From contig NC_068982.1 in the NCBI RefSeq assembly GCF_001194135.2, positions 160,332,709 to 160,387,386 on the forward strand: a DNA stretch of 54,678 bases, read 5' to 3'. Position 1 is the stretch's first letter; every line of letters begins with the position of its first letter. The DNA comes from Octopus bimaculoides (Eukaryota). The notes beneath the pieces were generated by a model, which was given only the letters and a program-made list of their open reading frames with translations, did not search any database and was not told the DNA's origin. Positions 1 to 13,064 of this stretch are shown in pieces. The position numbers were made by a program, and so were the translations under genes.

Positions 1-63
<63 letters not shown>

Positions 64-250
64 CTAAATGTATATATATATGCATATATATATATGTATA
101 TATATTATATATAAATATATATATACAAACACACACATACAAACAAACTCGCTCACACGCACATACACACACACACACATATATATATACATATACATAT
201 ATATATGTATATATATGCATGCATATATATATGTATATATATACATGACT
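1..250. repeat. (TA)n/(CA)n compound microsatellite
   Basis: Near-perfect TA repeat at 1-63 followed by degenerate TA/CA/TACA runs. Confidence 0.95.
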
Positions 251-671
251 ATATCAATATATTAATAAATATCTATAAATTTTATTTTGAATTTCCACCT
301 ATGAGAATACTATATGAATTTTATAGTATATATGTTAAAGATGATCTGAATTCATTGCTAGAATTTGTTTACCATATTGTCGGACTTCACTTCGCAAAAC
401 ACTCCTGATTCCGAAATTTTATAAGAACAGCTGCTTTCCCTCTTCTGCACTTGGCTCTCTTACACCTTTAGACAATTCTGGTTTGGAGCTTTGAAATATC
501 TTCAAAACAAAACAGCAAACCAGAACTAGATGAATCTGGAAATATATTTGTAACTATATGGTGTATTGCTTTTTTAGAATACCATTTTGCAGTCTGAAGG
601 ACAAATACTGGAAAAAATATCAAGAGTGTCTGCATATATAACTGTTTTATTTTTGTGCGCTTGAATATCTA

Positions 672-684
672 TTTACCTACCTAC

Positions 685-745
<61 letters not shown>

Positions 746-765
746 CATCCATCCATCTATCCATC
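672..765. repeat. (TCTA)n/(TCCA)n tetranucleotide microsatellite
   Basis: Tandem CTAT units grading into CCAT units. Confidence 0.95.
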
Positions 766-1322
766 TACCTGTCTGCCTGTCTATCTTGACCTTGTCTAGT
801 GAATGTTTCAAAAAGAGATGGGTGAATGTAGCAAGGATGGCACGTGTGAATGATGGAGCCACCTTGAGCATAACACTATAAAGGAGTAAAAAAAAATCCA
901 GACTAAAACAAAAAGGCAAAAGAGAGTCACTTACTGTTATAGTTTCTGCAATGACAATATTGACCAAGGTTACCGTGGTCTTTTCCGTAGGCTTTTCTTT
1001 CCACGGCTAAACCTAAACTGTCTTCCCCTCTTTTTACACGAGAACATTACTGTGATACACGATCCCTATTGATCGCCCTTTTTTTTTTTTTGCTATCGAT
1101 CCCTTTTGATCGACACCCACCCCTACTCTTTTTTTCCTTTTTTTTTCCTTCCCCCTCCCAAAAAGAAAAGCTCTACATTGTATTCGTCCCATCTTTGTTG
1201 AGCCCTGTGTGGCAAATAAAAGAAATGTATCTTGACCTTTTGTCTGTCTCTTTATCTGCTTATATTTATTCATTTATATAGAAATGTATGTATTTTACAA
1301 ATACACGCACACACACGCACAC

Positions 1323-1365
<43 letters not shown>

Positions 1366-1924
1366 TTGAAAGCAATAATTTACTCGACCATCAACGAAAG
1401 TGATTAGAAAGGGAAGCCACACTTCTTGGTAGACAATATAAATCAGTAAAGCTTTCTATATGATATACAAGCGTAATATTCCCATAACATTACAAAATAA
1501 GGTAATTTTTTGAAGTAAATGCACACCTACTCCATAGCCCAAAAGGTTACGCAAAATGCCGAATGAACATTCAAAAGGGTTTTCAATTCACCGTTGGGAC
1601 ACACTCAAATGAATCAGTAACACGAGTTCTTTGATACTATTTTTCCCCACAAAGGAAGCGGCAATTATCGACTACATCGACATGAACAGGAATATGTAAT
1701 ATCAGTCGTACATTTTTATAAGATTAAAGTCAGCAACAGCTGTGCTAATAGCTTCCAAAATATTATTTCAAAAACATGCAAACATATTATTTGCAATACT
1801 ACATAAGTATATTACCAAACCTTTCTGGGAACTTGTAAAGTATTAAGCATCCTTCAAATTTATATGCGCACATATTTATGTGCATATGTATACTGACATA
1901 GACATATATGTATAAATATATCAT

Positions 1925-2115
1925 AGGCGCAGGTGTGGCTGTATGGTAAGTAGCTTGATTTACAACCACATGGTTCTGGGTTCAGTCTCACCACGTGGTA
2001 CTTGCGCAGGTGTCTCCTTCTATAGTCTCAGGCTGACCAAAGCCTTGTGAATGGATTTGATAGACGGAAACTGAAAGAAGCCCGTTGTATATATATATAT
2101 ATAAATATATATATA
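1925..2115 (+). mobile_element. tRNA-derived SINE family A, 5' half, running into (TA)n and an N-gap
   Basis: A-box-like GTGGCTGTATGGTAAG, B-box-like GGTTCAGTCTC, and body ending GACGGAAACTGAAAGAAGCCCG; the same sequence recurs at ~36060 and ~37005. Confidence 0.85.
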
Positions 2116-2389
2116 NNNNNNNNNNNNNNNNNNNNNNNNNNNNNNNNNNNNNNNNNNNNNNNNNNNNNNNNNNNNNNNNNNNNNNNNNNNNNNNNNNNNN
2201 NNNNNNNNNNNNNNNNNNNNNNNNNNNNNNNNNNNNNNNNNNNNNNNNNNNNNNNNNNNNNNNNNNNNNNNNNNNNNNNNNNNNNNNNNATAGTAAATAG
2301 TAATAATGTGTTTGAATGGCACGACAATGCACTATAATAACAACAACAATGAACTATAATAACTGGTATAGTTTTATCATCCACAGTCT

Positions 2390-2433
2390 GATATAAGATA
2401 TTTCGGAATATATAAATTCCTTCTTCAGATATC
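2390..2433 (-). ncRNA. Hammerhead ribozyme-like motif (minimal type I)
   Basis: Minus strand GATAT-CTGAAGA-A-GGAAT(ttatat)ATTCC-GAAA-TA-TC-tt-ATATC: intact CUGANGA and GAAA, 5-bp stem II, palindromic stem III; stem I pairs only with a 2-nt offset. Confidence 0.45.
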
Positions 2434-2799
2434 CCTACGGATTGATCGAGTCACGGCTAAAATCGGTTTTCCAACGGTTTTTTTTTCTTTTCTCTTTTCT
2501 TTTTCCGGAAGTGTCTCTGCACTGGCCTCACGAAGCTCTTTCCGGAATTCCTAGGGAGAAGTGCGTGAGGGCGGTCATGTCTCAGGCTCGTGTGTGCTGG
2601 CACATCCGTAACGTTACTTTTAATTAATGCATTATACGTGCAGTTCCCTCTTCGTTTCTCCCCTTCTTTCTCCCTCTCTCCCTTTCTTTCTTCCTTTTTC
2701 CCTTTTTTCTATTTTGCCCTTTCTCCTTCCCTTTATTTAAAAATAATACATAACATACATAATATATGATCATGTCATGCAACTAGAGGTAGCTAGAGT

Positions 2800-3485
2800 A
2801 TAAATTGACTGCCAATCTTCAGTGTGTTGTTGATTTGAGGCCCTAGTCTGCCTATGAGAATAACTTCCTAGCAAACTGTCCCATCCGTGACACAGACTTA
2901 TGCGAACGGATAAGTGTGCTGCCCAGGTAGACAAACTTGTCTACCTCTTTCAGAATTGTTCCTTCAACCAAGATATCTGGTTCCACATATGGATTTCCTG
3001 GTGCAGGCTAGAACATTACAACAGTCTTATCCAGGTTAATGCTGAGTACAAAAGCTGATATCTTGAGGCAATGGTGCACAAGCACCGGTTACGTTGGACT
3101 GAACACCTTATTAGAATGAAGGATAGCAGGATCCCTAATCAGATGCTATATGGGGAATTTGTGAATAAACGAGTCTCCGGGAGAAACCAAGGCTGCGTTT
3201 TAAAGACTGTGTCAAGTCCTCATTAAATGCCTGTGATATGCAGGAGACTGACTGGGAGAACAATGTCTGTCAACACCACAGATGGAGGAAGCAGGTTAAG
3301 GAGGGGGTCGACACGTTTGAGAGAGCACGTATTCAGCATGAAGAACTTAAGCGTGCTGCTCGAAAGCGCACTGCTGGTGTAGTGAATGGGGAAAGCTTGG
3401 TGTGCAATGTTTGCAGTCGTGTATGCTTGTCAAGAGCAGGGCTCATTCGCCACCAACGGAGCCGCAAATGTAAAATAGAATTTAT
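2800..3485 (+). mobile_element. RTE-clade LINE, degenerate 3' end of ORF2 with C-terminal C2H2-like zinc finger
   Basis: Translation from ~3063 gives LEAMVHKHRLRWTEHLIRMKDSRIPNQMLYGE, a frameshift, then KPRLRFKDCVKSSL...WRKQVKEGVDTFERAR...CNVCSRVCLSRAGLIRHQRS, typical of RTE ORF2 C-termini. Confidence 0.85.
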
Positions 3486-4694
3486 TCCTAGAGCACACAA
3501 TCATTCATCTAGTATGATCTAGTCCTTGTCTACAAATGTTATATCTGGAATTTATACGTAATAAATCGTTCCTGCATTTTATTAATTCTTAAATTTCACC
3601 AATTACGTTGCCTAAACCTCACTTAATGTTACTGCAGAAGAATTGCACCTCTAGAACGTGTTTTTAACCCATGGAATTAGTTACAAATTCACAGCTGGTT
3701 GAGACAGTTTATTTGCTTGACATATGATAAACTTGAGCATCATTTAACAGTGAATATATAATGTTCTTATTCTGCTACTGGGAGAAGGTTTTTAACAGCA
3801 ATCTGGTCTTGGTAGATATGACACATGACATGTGACAAGTTGGCAATCAATTCAAATAAAATGAAATGTAGATACATGGGAAATAGGAACATTGCTACTT
3901 ATACATTGAACTGGAAGCTTATCTTTAAATTGCACGTCGCTTTATCAGTGTCTATAATGATTAGAGCTATGTTGAAAATTTAAGAGGGAGAGAACGAGGA
4001 TAAAATCAATTGAGTGAACATTTGGGTAAATGTATACTGCATAAAATAAGTAAACGTATTCATATAGATTATTTCCCTAAACTTCATGCCGTAATCGTGT
4101 AGAATTAAAATATTCTATAACAAAATGAGAAGTGAGGAATTTATATTACTGAATTAAATCTCTAGTTGGTTCCGCAGACCTTCGACAAAGTAAATAATAT
4201 TCTAGACAAAACTTAGATAGTAAATGTAACGACAAATTAACATTGTAGATCTTCAATTAAATACAAATTTATCGATGGAATCCTGAAGCGCTAATAATTA
4301 ATCATCAGAGTGGGATTCCACGACTTGATATAAACATTCAAGAATTGTTAGTGAATCACATACTAAATTTCACACGTATTGTCAACGCACGTTCCGCGTT
4401 AATTTGTTAGAGTGTAGGTCATCATTTATTCCACAAATTATTAGCGTTAGAATTAAGCGTGGCAGTAATGATGTTAAATGCATTACAGTAGTTAAGAGTT
4501 AGAATCTTGTATTCAGCAGAAGCAGTCCGGATTTAAAATAAAGTGTTCCAGAATACAGGTGCATCTTTTAGGCGTTGAACCGCGCTTGTGCGTATTTCGA
4601 AGAATCATTCCGTGGTTAAATGTTGAAAGAATAGTGCTTACTGGTTATGGTTATATTTAAACAATCATAGAACACCTGCAGATATATTTTTACT

Positions 4695-5750
4695 TTATTT
4701 ACATTTGATGGATATTTGTCCTCGTCTTGTGTATTGTTAAAATAACGCTTCGGCTGAGATACCCTCCAGCCTTCATAAGATGTCCTGGGGAAATTTCGAA
4801 CCGGAGTTCTCATTCTCATAAGGTATTTTTCGATGTTATTGTTGTTGTTGTTATTATTATCTTGGGGTTAGTAGCCTGCGCTCTTAACCACTACGCCATA
4901 TGTCCGTGGGCAATTATGGTGTGAATTTTAGGGCTTATAAGTCTAATATTTTCCTATACTTCCTTAATACTGGTTCCCATATGCTATTCATATCTGGAGT
5001 CGACCTGCTTAGGAAGTTGTTGTGTCCTAGCATATGCGCTGCTTCCTTTAGTTTTCATATTTTCCAGTGGTGTTCTCTGTCTATTATTTTAGCTTCATCT
5101 CACAGGGGGAGGTGGTCTCCATCTTTCTATACATGATCACCTATACCCGATTTATAGATATCTCCTCGTGTCACAGCTTTGCGATGTTCCGCTACCCTCA
5201 TTTTGAGGGGCGGCATGTTTCGCCTTTGTACAACCTACCACAGCTGCATGGGATGGTGTACACGCACTTTTTGGTTATATTCTCTTCTATTGGTGGAGAT
5301 ATTTGCGTAGTGTCGTATTACTCTTGAATACTGTCCTGATGTCATATGGACCGCATATCTTTTGTATCTTTTCGGAGAGGCCTTTCACATAGGGTAGACA
5401 AACCGTGGACAGTTTATTGGTTTCATCCTCTCTTTTCTTCATAATTGGAGTAGATAGTATGTTTTTGGGGTAGTTGTTGCTTAATAGATTGTTACTGAGC
5501 TTGATCATCTCTTTGTGGTGGGTATCACGATCGCTACTTATATTCATTGCTCAATGTTTTAGGCACTGAGCAATCTCTCTCTGTACACTGTGTCGATGGT
5601 ATTAATTGAAGTTGAGGTATCCTCCAGTGAAGGTCGGCTTGCGGTATACGGATGTCTTAAATCTATACTTGGTGCGTGTTATTAATACGTCCAGGAATGC
5701 TAGCTGATTGTCTTTTACCTTTTACATCGTGCCCTGTAAAGTATGACGTT
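4695..5750 (-). mobile_element. Penelope-like element family P1 (Penelope/Poseidon-type), 5'-truncated and degenerate: RT thumb + GIY-YIG + 3' repeat
   Basis: Minus-strand peptides DNQLAFLDVLITR, KTSVYRKPTFTG, TVCLPYVKGLSEKIQKIC, CVYTIPCSCGRLYKGETCRP (GIY-YIG), KLKEAAHM; stop at 4935-4937; several stops and frameshifts; 3' region homologous to 33960-34300. Confidence 0.9.
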
Positions 5751-5864
5751 AAATCACAAATTAGGAAACAGAGCGGAAAAGGAAGAAAACACCATCATAT
5801 ATATCATTTATTTAAACTTATTACAGCTTAAGCATCATTAATACTGCTTTCAAAGTGTTAAAGG

Positions 5865-6270
5865 GACCAGTAATTTCGGGGGAGAGGAAATCAATTTTAT
5901 CGAACCGAGCACATTACTGAAAGGATGAAAGTTAAATTGCACCATGACAGAATTTGATCTCAGAGCGTATAGACGGACGAAACGTCGCTAAGAATTTAGC
6001 ACGTCGCGCTAATGATTCAACTGTCTCGCCACATTAACGCATGTTGATATTGATTTCAGATTTTGGTACAAGGCCAGCAACATCAGCGGAGGTTGTAAGT
6101 CGATTACATCAACGCCAGAACGCAACTGGTACTTATTTTATCGACTCCGACAGGATGAAAGATAAAGTCGACCTCGCTGGAGTTTGGATGCAGAATGTAA
6201 AGACGGACGAAATGCCGCTTAGCTTTTTTTTTCGGCGTGCCTACGGTTATGCCAGCTCAGTGTATTAATA
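5865..6270 (-). mobile_element. tRNA-derived SINE family B, two adjacent degenerate copies
   Basis: Reverse complement of the family B pattern (GTTAGCAC head, GAGTTCAAAT B-box, GTCGACTTTGCCTTTCATCC..GTCGATAAA.TAAGTACC core) appears twice. Confidence 0.75.
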
Positions 6271-6284
6271 TTTGTAATGCTTAA

Positions 6285-6485
6285 GCTGCGAGATAGCAGA
6301 ATCGCTCGGAAGCTGGGCTAAATGCTTAGTGGTGTTTCGTTCTTTTTTACGTTCGAAAATCAAATTCTTCCCAGGTCTACTTTGCTTTTATCCTTTAGGG
6401 GTCGATAAAATAAGCTCTAGTTGCGCACAGGGGTCGATGTAATCGTCTTAGCACCTCCCACCAAAATGTCAGCCTTGTGCCAGAC
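6285..6485 (+). mobile_element. SINE family B copy
   Basis: GCAGAATCG head, CAAATTC B-box remnant, GGGGTCGATAAAATAAG core, GCCTTGTGCC tail. Confidence 0.75.
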
Positions 6486-6814
6486 TTTGTAATTAGTATT
6501 AACATACATTTATTGAAATATATGTTAATGTAATTAAGGGTGGCACGAAGGTGGACATATTTAAAATCACAAAATTGAATATTTCCTTCTAAATTAACAC
6601 GACATTTTCCTAGATAAAGAAATAACTGAATATACAGCTGGCATTTTAGTGCTGAACGGAAATCTGAAAAATATTCGCAAAACTTCCTCAAATTTGGTAC
6701 TGGTTAGCAAAACAGCGGCTGTCCATTGTCCATATTTACGGGCTTGCAAAGTAGCATCCGAAAAAAAAATGAGAACTAACCAAGCAAACTTTGTGCTTGC
6801 ACGCGATTTCAGAC

Positions 6815-6950
6815 ACGCACACAGACACACAGACACAGACACACACATACACACACACATGCACACACACTCGCACACACACACGTATGTACATGCACAC
6901 ACGCACATGCACACACGCACATGCACACACTCACATGCACACACATACGC
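6815..6950. repeat. (CA)n-derived compound microsatellite
   Basis: Degenerate CACA/CAGA/CATG tandem tract. Confidence 0.9.
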
Positions 6951-7129
6951 GATTACGTGTATTCTTTAAGAGTATCCATGATGGGTGTATAATAGTTAAG
7001 TGCTACGTATAAGTTTACTCGTCCTTGACTGTAGGCATTGTGTCTTGAAAAGCAAAAAAGGCTGACCTATTTTCGCTTTTTGGCTGCTTAACAAAAATCA
7101 ATATTTCATATTGGCATTTCATTAATTGG

Positions 7130-7310
7130 GAGGCTGCGAGCTAGCAGAACCGTTACCACTCCAGACAAAATGCTTCGTGGCATTTTGCTCGTCTATATTT
7201 TCTGAGAGTTCAAATTCAGCCTAGGTCGATTTTGTCTTTAATCATTTCAAGGTCGATTTAATAAGTGTCAGGTGAATACTGGGGTCGATGTAATCAAATT
7301 CTCACGCACT
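7130..7310 (+). mobile_element. SINE family B copy (degenerate)
   Basis: GAGCTAGCAGAACCGTTA head, GAGTTCAAATTC B-box, GGTCGATTTTGTCTTT core, GGGGTCGATGTAATC. Confidence 0.7.
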
Positions 7311-8326
7311 CAAAATCTAGTATTTCTTTAATTGCATCATTATCCATATGGGACAGAAACATTTATTCATTTTATTTCTTGATAACAGAGCTATTAATAT
7401 TCCTATACTTTTACTTATCAGAATTAGTGAATGCTTTAGAAAAATTGTCTTGTTTCTAGTTGTCAAAATGCCTTCCCGATGAAATAATATATACAGCTAT
7501 ATATCTGTTACTTGAGAGAAAAAGCAAAATACGACGTTGCTCATCCTGCTAGAAATAAGAATCATATATCGTTTGGCGCACACAGTAATGTCCCGTAGGA
7601 ATTACCATGAGATATAGACTTGAAAGTAAAGACAAATCGGTGGAATGGTGAACTCAAAAAGATTTTCAACCTTAGCTTTGCGTGTTCGGGGCTGACCTGA
7701 AGTTAAGCTACCACAAAATTTGTATATCACTTTCAGATAAAATATAGAATATAGATAGATAGACACGTATGCATATGTCTTCATATAAATTATATCGACC
7801 AAAAATTACTGAGCGTTCGCTGTTTTAATCAGACATGTTTTATCAAGTCAAGAAATATTTTGCAATTCAAGTTTGAACTGAAAAAAATTTTCAAAAATTA
7901 TATATACTATTTATTCAATGACTCCTTAATTGGAAGTCAGCTACCAGTATTGTGTATACGTCTGGATACATCTAAAGGAAGTCATTATTACATAACTTTA
8001 TATGTCTTTGGCGGTATCAACTTGAGTTATGCCAGATTGCAACATGACAACGAAGACGATTTCAGTAAATAGCTGACTAATAACCCAAGCTATATTTAGT
8101 TAAAGAAATGTCCAATCATTTATTTATCTTTGAGTATGGGTGTATATGTCGTTCATTTGAGCATTTTTTACAAAATGGGGAGGGGGGACATAATATTCAT
8201 CGTACACTAAACAACGTATTTTCGGATATGTTCTGTTTTCAACTTCATACTTATTTCAGTAATATTTTTTTAGTTACATTGAGCAAAGAATAATAAGTAT
8301 CCTGATAGCTCATAATTCTTTTGTAG

Positions 8327-8422
8327 ATCCATTTACAGAATGTCAGTATTATTGGAGCAAACGATGAAGTCATGTACTTTTTAGATGTATCATTTTATGT
8401 TATGAATTCAAACTCCACCGAT
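8327..8422 (+). CDS. Candidate 96-nt internal exon of unknown gene (IHLQNVSIIGANDEVMYFLDVSFYVMNSNSTD)
   Basis: Acceptor ttcttttgtag, donor gtaagt at 8423, one fully open frame (phase 0-0); no recognisable homology. Confidence 0.3.
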
Positions 8423-11248
8423 GTAAGTTTTTCACCTCCTTCTTCCTGGACTGATCATTTAACAACCATCCAAATCTAGTCCTTGTTTGTAACGTTTTAG
8501 GTATTCGCCTCTCTGTTATGATAGTGTTGTTTAGTCTTGTGTCAGTGCTAATCATGAAGAACTATAGTCAAATATGTTCAGATATATCTCAATGCGTTGT
8601 CCATTGTGTCATACGTATGGGTTATTTTGTTTGAAACTATGTATATATCACTGCAAATCGCCATGAAATCCTAAAAGTCATTAAAAATCATTTGGAATTC
8701 AATAATAATCTTCCACATCTTAATTTCGCTCGAGTCAATAATTGCATTAATTTTTCTAATTTAACAGATCTTGCATATCTTACATGAAACATCTTATTGC
8801 TAAGCCGGTGATACTCTGTCAGTATTTAAGATTGAATATATATTATATTTTGATAATTATTACTGTAATTATTGCAGAATAAATGTCGTTAAGCCTACTG
8901 CTTCATCGTTGAAATATTATAACGTTAGTTTCCAATTTGATCATGTACAGCGTACTTAATTTTCAAATGCTCTTAACGAGGAAAAGTAGAAATTAATTTA
9001 CCGTGGATAACTATTATTTGCTGAGCTATAGCTAAATTCATCGTTATATATTTTGTAAATTCCCTGATATAATATTGTAGCTGATCATCAATATCTCATA
9101 CCTATATATTTATGATCATAATAAAATGTAAATATATTTTAATTTTTGCGTGTTATGTGTGAGTTGTGAGTGCTAAAAATTAATTGTTACATGACCAAAG
9201 ATTTCTTAGGAACGCAGGATAGTATAGTTTTTTTTTTAATAGATTATGAATATATTTTATAATTGTATGAATTGTTTATTATTAGCGGAGAAAAAAATGA
9301 AATGCATATGTTGGATTTATGTAAATAGTTTGTCAGAATAATTTGTTCTTGAATAGTGTAAATGGGATTTATGCGAATCGTTTGTCAGAATAATGCTCGT
9401 GAAAATGGCAGAGTAATACATTGTTTGTAATGGCTGTCAAACCAATGTGTCAAAAATAATACTATATCCATATATCCCATATAAGAGCTTGGTAAGATCT
9501 TGTTTAAGACCATGCGTTTTTATGGTTACGCGAAGGATATATTGATCTCATTATATTTAATATGTAAGATGACTTTTATAAAAGTGGGCTTCCGAAGGTA
9601 AACGGTAAATTTATGATTTTCTTGAGGTATAAAGTTATCGTAATTCTTCTGGACATGAATAGCTAAATTCAATTCAGTCACCCCTTATTTGAACCTTGAA
9701 TATCAGTATAATAGTTTGAATCCTACAACGGGAAGGAAAATAAATAAAGAAAGAAATAAACGGTTTGTTGCTAGGTGTTGCGGAATTCTAAAAGAAATCA
9801 TGATAAATTATGTGATAATGTTGACGTAGAATCTTCTGTTCTGAAGATGTTGTAATTGTAAATACGGGAGATGATAATCTATTGCTTATTTATCTGTTTC
9901 TGCCTCCGCGCTATGGGCATGCGCAGTCATCGTCAGTATTTAACGCAAGCATTCTACAACAGAGTAACAAACGTTAGATACATTTCGATTTAAATCTGAT
10001 ATTTATGATTAATAACAAAACGAATGTACATATCACAGAATAATATTTTGCAATTGTACCTATTCTATTAACGTAATAATGTGCACGACACCACAAAATA
10101 TAGCACTTATTGTCGGCCTTTTCATCCCGATTAGGTTGAGTATACCTATGTCTTTCTTTTAAACCACTAGATGCAAATTGGTTACTATAGTATATATTAT
10201 TTCCTTAAGTGCTTTTTTTCTCGTATATTGGCGAAAAAGTTTTGTTAAAACTGTATGGCTGGTTGTTATAGCAACCTGACAGCTGAATAGAATGAATTTG
10301 ATTAAAATTACATTTATAATTTACTGCAATCTATCTTTAACAAATTAATGATTTTAGTATGATACTGATGTAATATTCAGGTTTAACGTTAAATAAATTA
10401 CTTACAGCAATTCCTGCATTTGTCTGCTTGCTGTCCATTGGGGCGGTTTAATATACCATCGTCCCTGTATAAATCTCCATCATTAAAGCGTTTACATAAT
10501 TTTCGTTTTCCACCGTATTTCTTATTCTGTAATCTATTCTCCATCAACCCATTGTTGTTTTATTCTGTCCTCCTATTGTTGGTGAAACAATTCCATTTAT
10601 TCTAACAATCATATTGTGCTTCGATTTGTTAGAAATGTAGATTTATCCAAACTCTCCGAAGTTTATCATATGAAACGGTCACTGGGAAATAAGTGTTAGG
10701 TAATTTGCTTATCAGAGAAGCAGGAATTGACACGCACGCGCACGCGCGCGCGCATATACATGCCTACATACATTATTATATGTTTATCTATATCAACGTA
10801 TATTTTCTCGAGACAGTTGGAGATATGGGGGCTACATCAGGATGTTATCTTCGGTACTTCTGCATATGAATGGGATTGATTCATAACGTAAATACACTCG
10901 TCCATATCAATGTATCATATGCTATTTATTTCTTGCATACTTTGGATATTATTTCGCAAATTTGAAAGGATATATTCACATGGCTATGTTACAACACTCA
11001 TACTGTATAACATGACCTTTCATCGAATTGTTACATATAGATAAACCAACTTGCATTAATGTGCATCGAAATATCGTTTCATCGAAGTTTCACTACTCGC
11101 ATGTTTTAGATTTAAGCATTCGTTCAACGAAGACCAATATGAATATAGAACAGATATAGAGCTAACAATATATCATTTTTTACGAACTGCGATATGTATG
11201 CGTTCAATATAGCCGAGCGTTTTTCACTGGCATGAAATACATTTTCAG

Positions 11249-11387
11249 GATTTGGATTCATGCCACTAAAATGACTTCACCAAAAAAGTATTCCCAACGA
11301 ATACTAGAAAATGACTATTACGATGATAATATAATTGGTACACTCTCAGAGATATATGATGATGATGTATCTGTTATGTCAGAATGA
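11249..11387 (+). CDS. Candidate terminal exon of unknown gene (IWIHATKMTSPKKYSQRILENDYYDDNIIGTLSEIYDDDVSVMSE*)
   Basis: Acceptor cattttcag followed by 45 open codons ending TGA; acidic, Tyr-rich peptide; no recognisable homology. Confidence 0.2.
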
Positions 11388-13025
11388 AAAATACCGTGTG
11401 CTGATATCATCGTAGAAATTATATCAATCAGAAATTATATCAATCCTTGCTTCTGTACCAAGGTACTGTCGGAATAAGATGGCCGATATGTTAGTCGATA
11501 TATAATATAATTGTTATGATAGTCACTTGGATTCCAGTGATTCAGGCAGCAAAGCATATATTTTCAATGCCACCAGTTACGAGATGCACTGCCTCGATGT
11601 GATCAACCTGCTAGAACTCATATTTCTCCAGTTGTAATCAGAGATGATTGATTCTGGTGCTAGAGTGAAAGAAAAAAAGCTTCAAGTGATATAATATTTA
11701 TCAAAATAGAAGGAATGAGAATCCATATTTACCTAACTCAGCGCTCAGTGCCAGTACGAATAATGCATATATTTTGTTTTCTAAAACCTCTAAAATAATC
11801 GCATTTACTGGCATCCTTCGCGTAAGGGAATAAATATTTGGTTCAAGAAATTCATACTGCTGGAAACGGTAAATTATAACACGCTTGTTTATAAAGATAT
11901 TATTTGTAATTCACCTTGCAGTAACTTGGTCTAATTTAACAATAAAATTCTAAATAATTAATCCAGAGACAATCAATAAAAAGACTACGCCTCTCCGTAT
12001 ACTCATTCTTGCTTGTGCGTGAACCATTTACTTTGACTTTGCCGTTCGTCGTTCTCACACGACATTTCCACATCTACCAAATCCTTTCTCAGTAAATTCG
12101 CCATTGTTTTGATTTCTTATACATACATACATACGCACACACGCGCGTACGTACACACACACGCGCGCACACACACATGCACGCACGCACACACGGCCTC
12201 ATTCTATCCGTTACGACGACGATTGCTCCAGTTGAACTTGGTTGTGAAATTAACGTGAGTGACTAGCTCCAGGACACAGCTCACAACCGTGAATCGACTG
12301 CACAATCGTAGGACCATGAATATCCAGCGGTTTCCTCGAGAGAATAGCTAGAGAGAATGCTAGCTGATTTCGGCTCACCTTCAGCACTCTAGCAGGGAAA
12401 ATGTTGGGACCTCCAGCTGAGTTGTTTGTACTTGTTTTAAGTGGATGCTATGATACCCGGGGCGCCAATTGATATATTGCATAGGATGTGCTGGGTTATC
12501 GTTTTACTGATGCTACTCGGTTTAACTGTGTTGAGGTTGTTGAAAGTAGAGCAGTGTTGTTGATGTAAATGTCAACCATGTCTTCTGTGCTACGATACAG
12601 AGCGTTGTCTTCATATATCAGAATTCCACTAGATGAGACAGCGAATGTGAAGAATGCTTTGGGATTTACTTTATTTTCTAAACAGGGCACTTCTCTTCCA
12701 TTGTTATTTGACTGTCAATGGCAGACATCATGCAGTTTTGAAGATAATGTTTTTCGTTTCCAGTAAAACTATATCTGTAAATATGGGCCTTGCAACTGCC
12801 AATATTTTAACCGGTTGATTTTTAGATTACTCTATATTCTTTACTTTATAAATGTTATACTGTTACGCATAACATGTGTTTAATGTTGGTCATGGACCGT
12901 AGTAGAATGTAGTGTGAACATATATTTGTAACAATGTCCACGAATTGGATCTTTTGATGCTAGTTGGCATCAGAAAATGAAAGGCCAATCAACGTGTGTA
13001 ATATGTATGAATGTATGTATTATGT

Positions 13026-13064
<39 letters not shown>

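Noticed and set aside
4277-4320. Hairpin GGAATCC...GGATTCC with CTGATGA on the minus strand
   Set aside because: No stem II followed by GAAA and NUH, so not a hammerhead.
9313-9394. 30-bp imperfect direct repeat with 52-bp period
   Set aside because: Only two units in eukaryotic DNA; a local duplication, not a CRISPR array.
12496-12720. Minus-strand ORF VPCLENKVNPKAFFTFAVSSSGILIYEDNALYRSTEDMVDIYINN...
   Set aside because: Protein-like composition, but weak splice context and no recognisable motif; length is within chance expectation.
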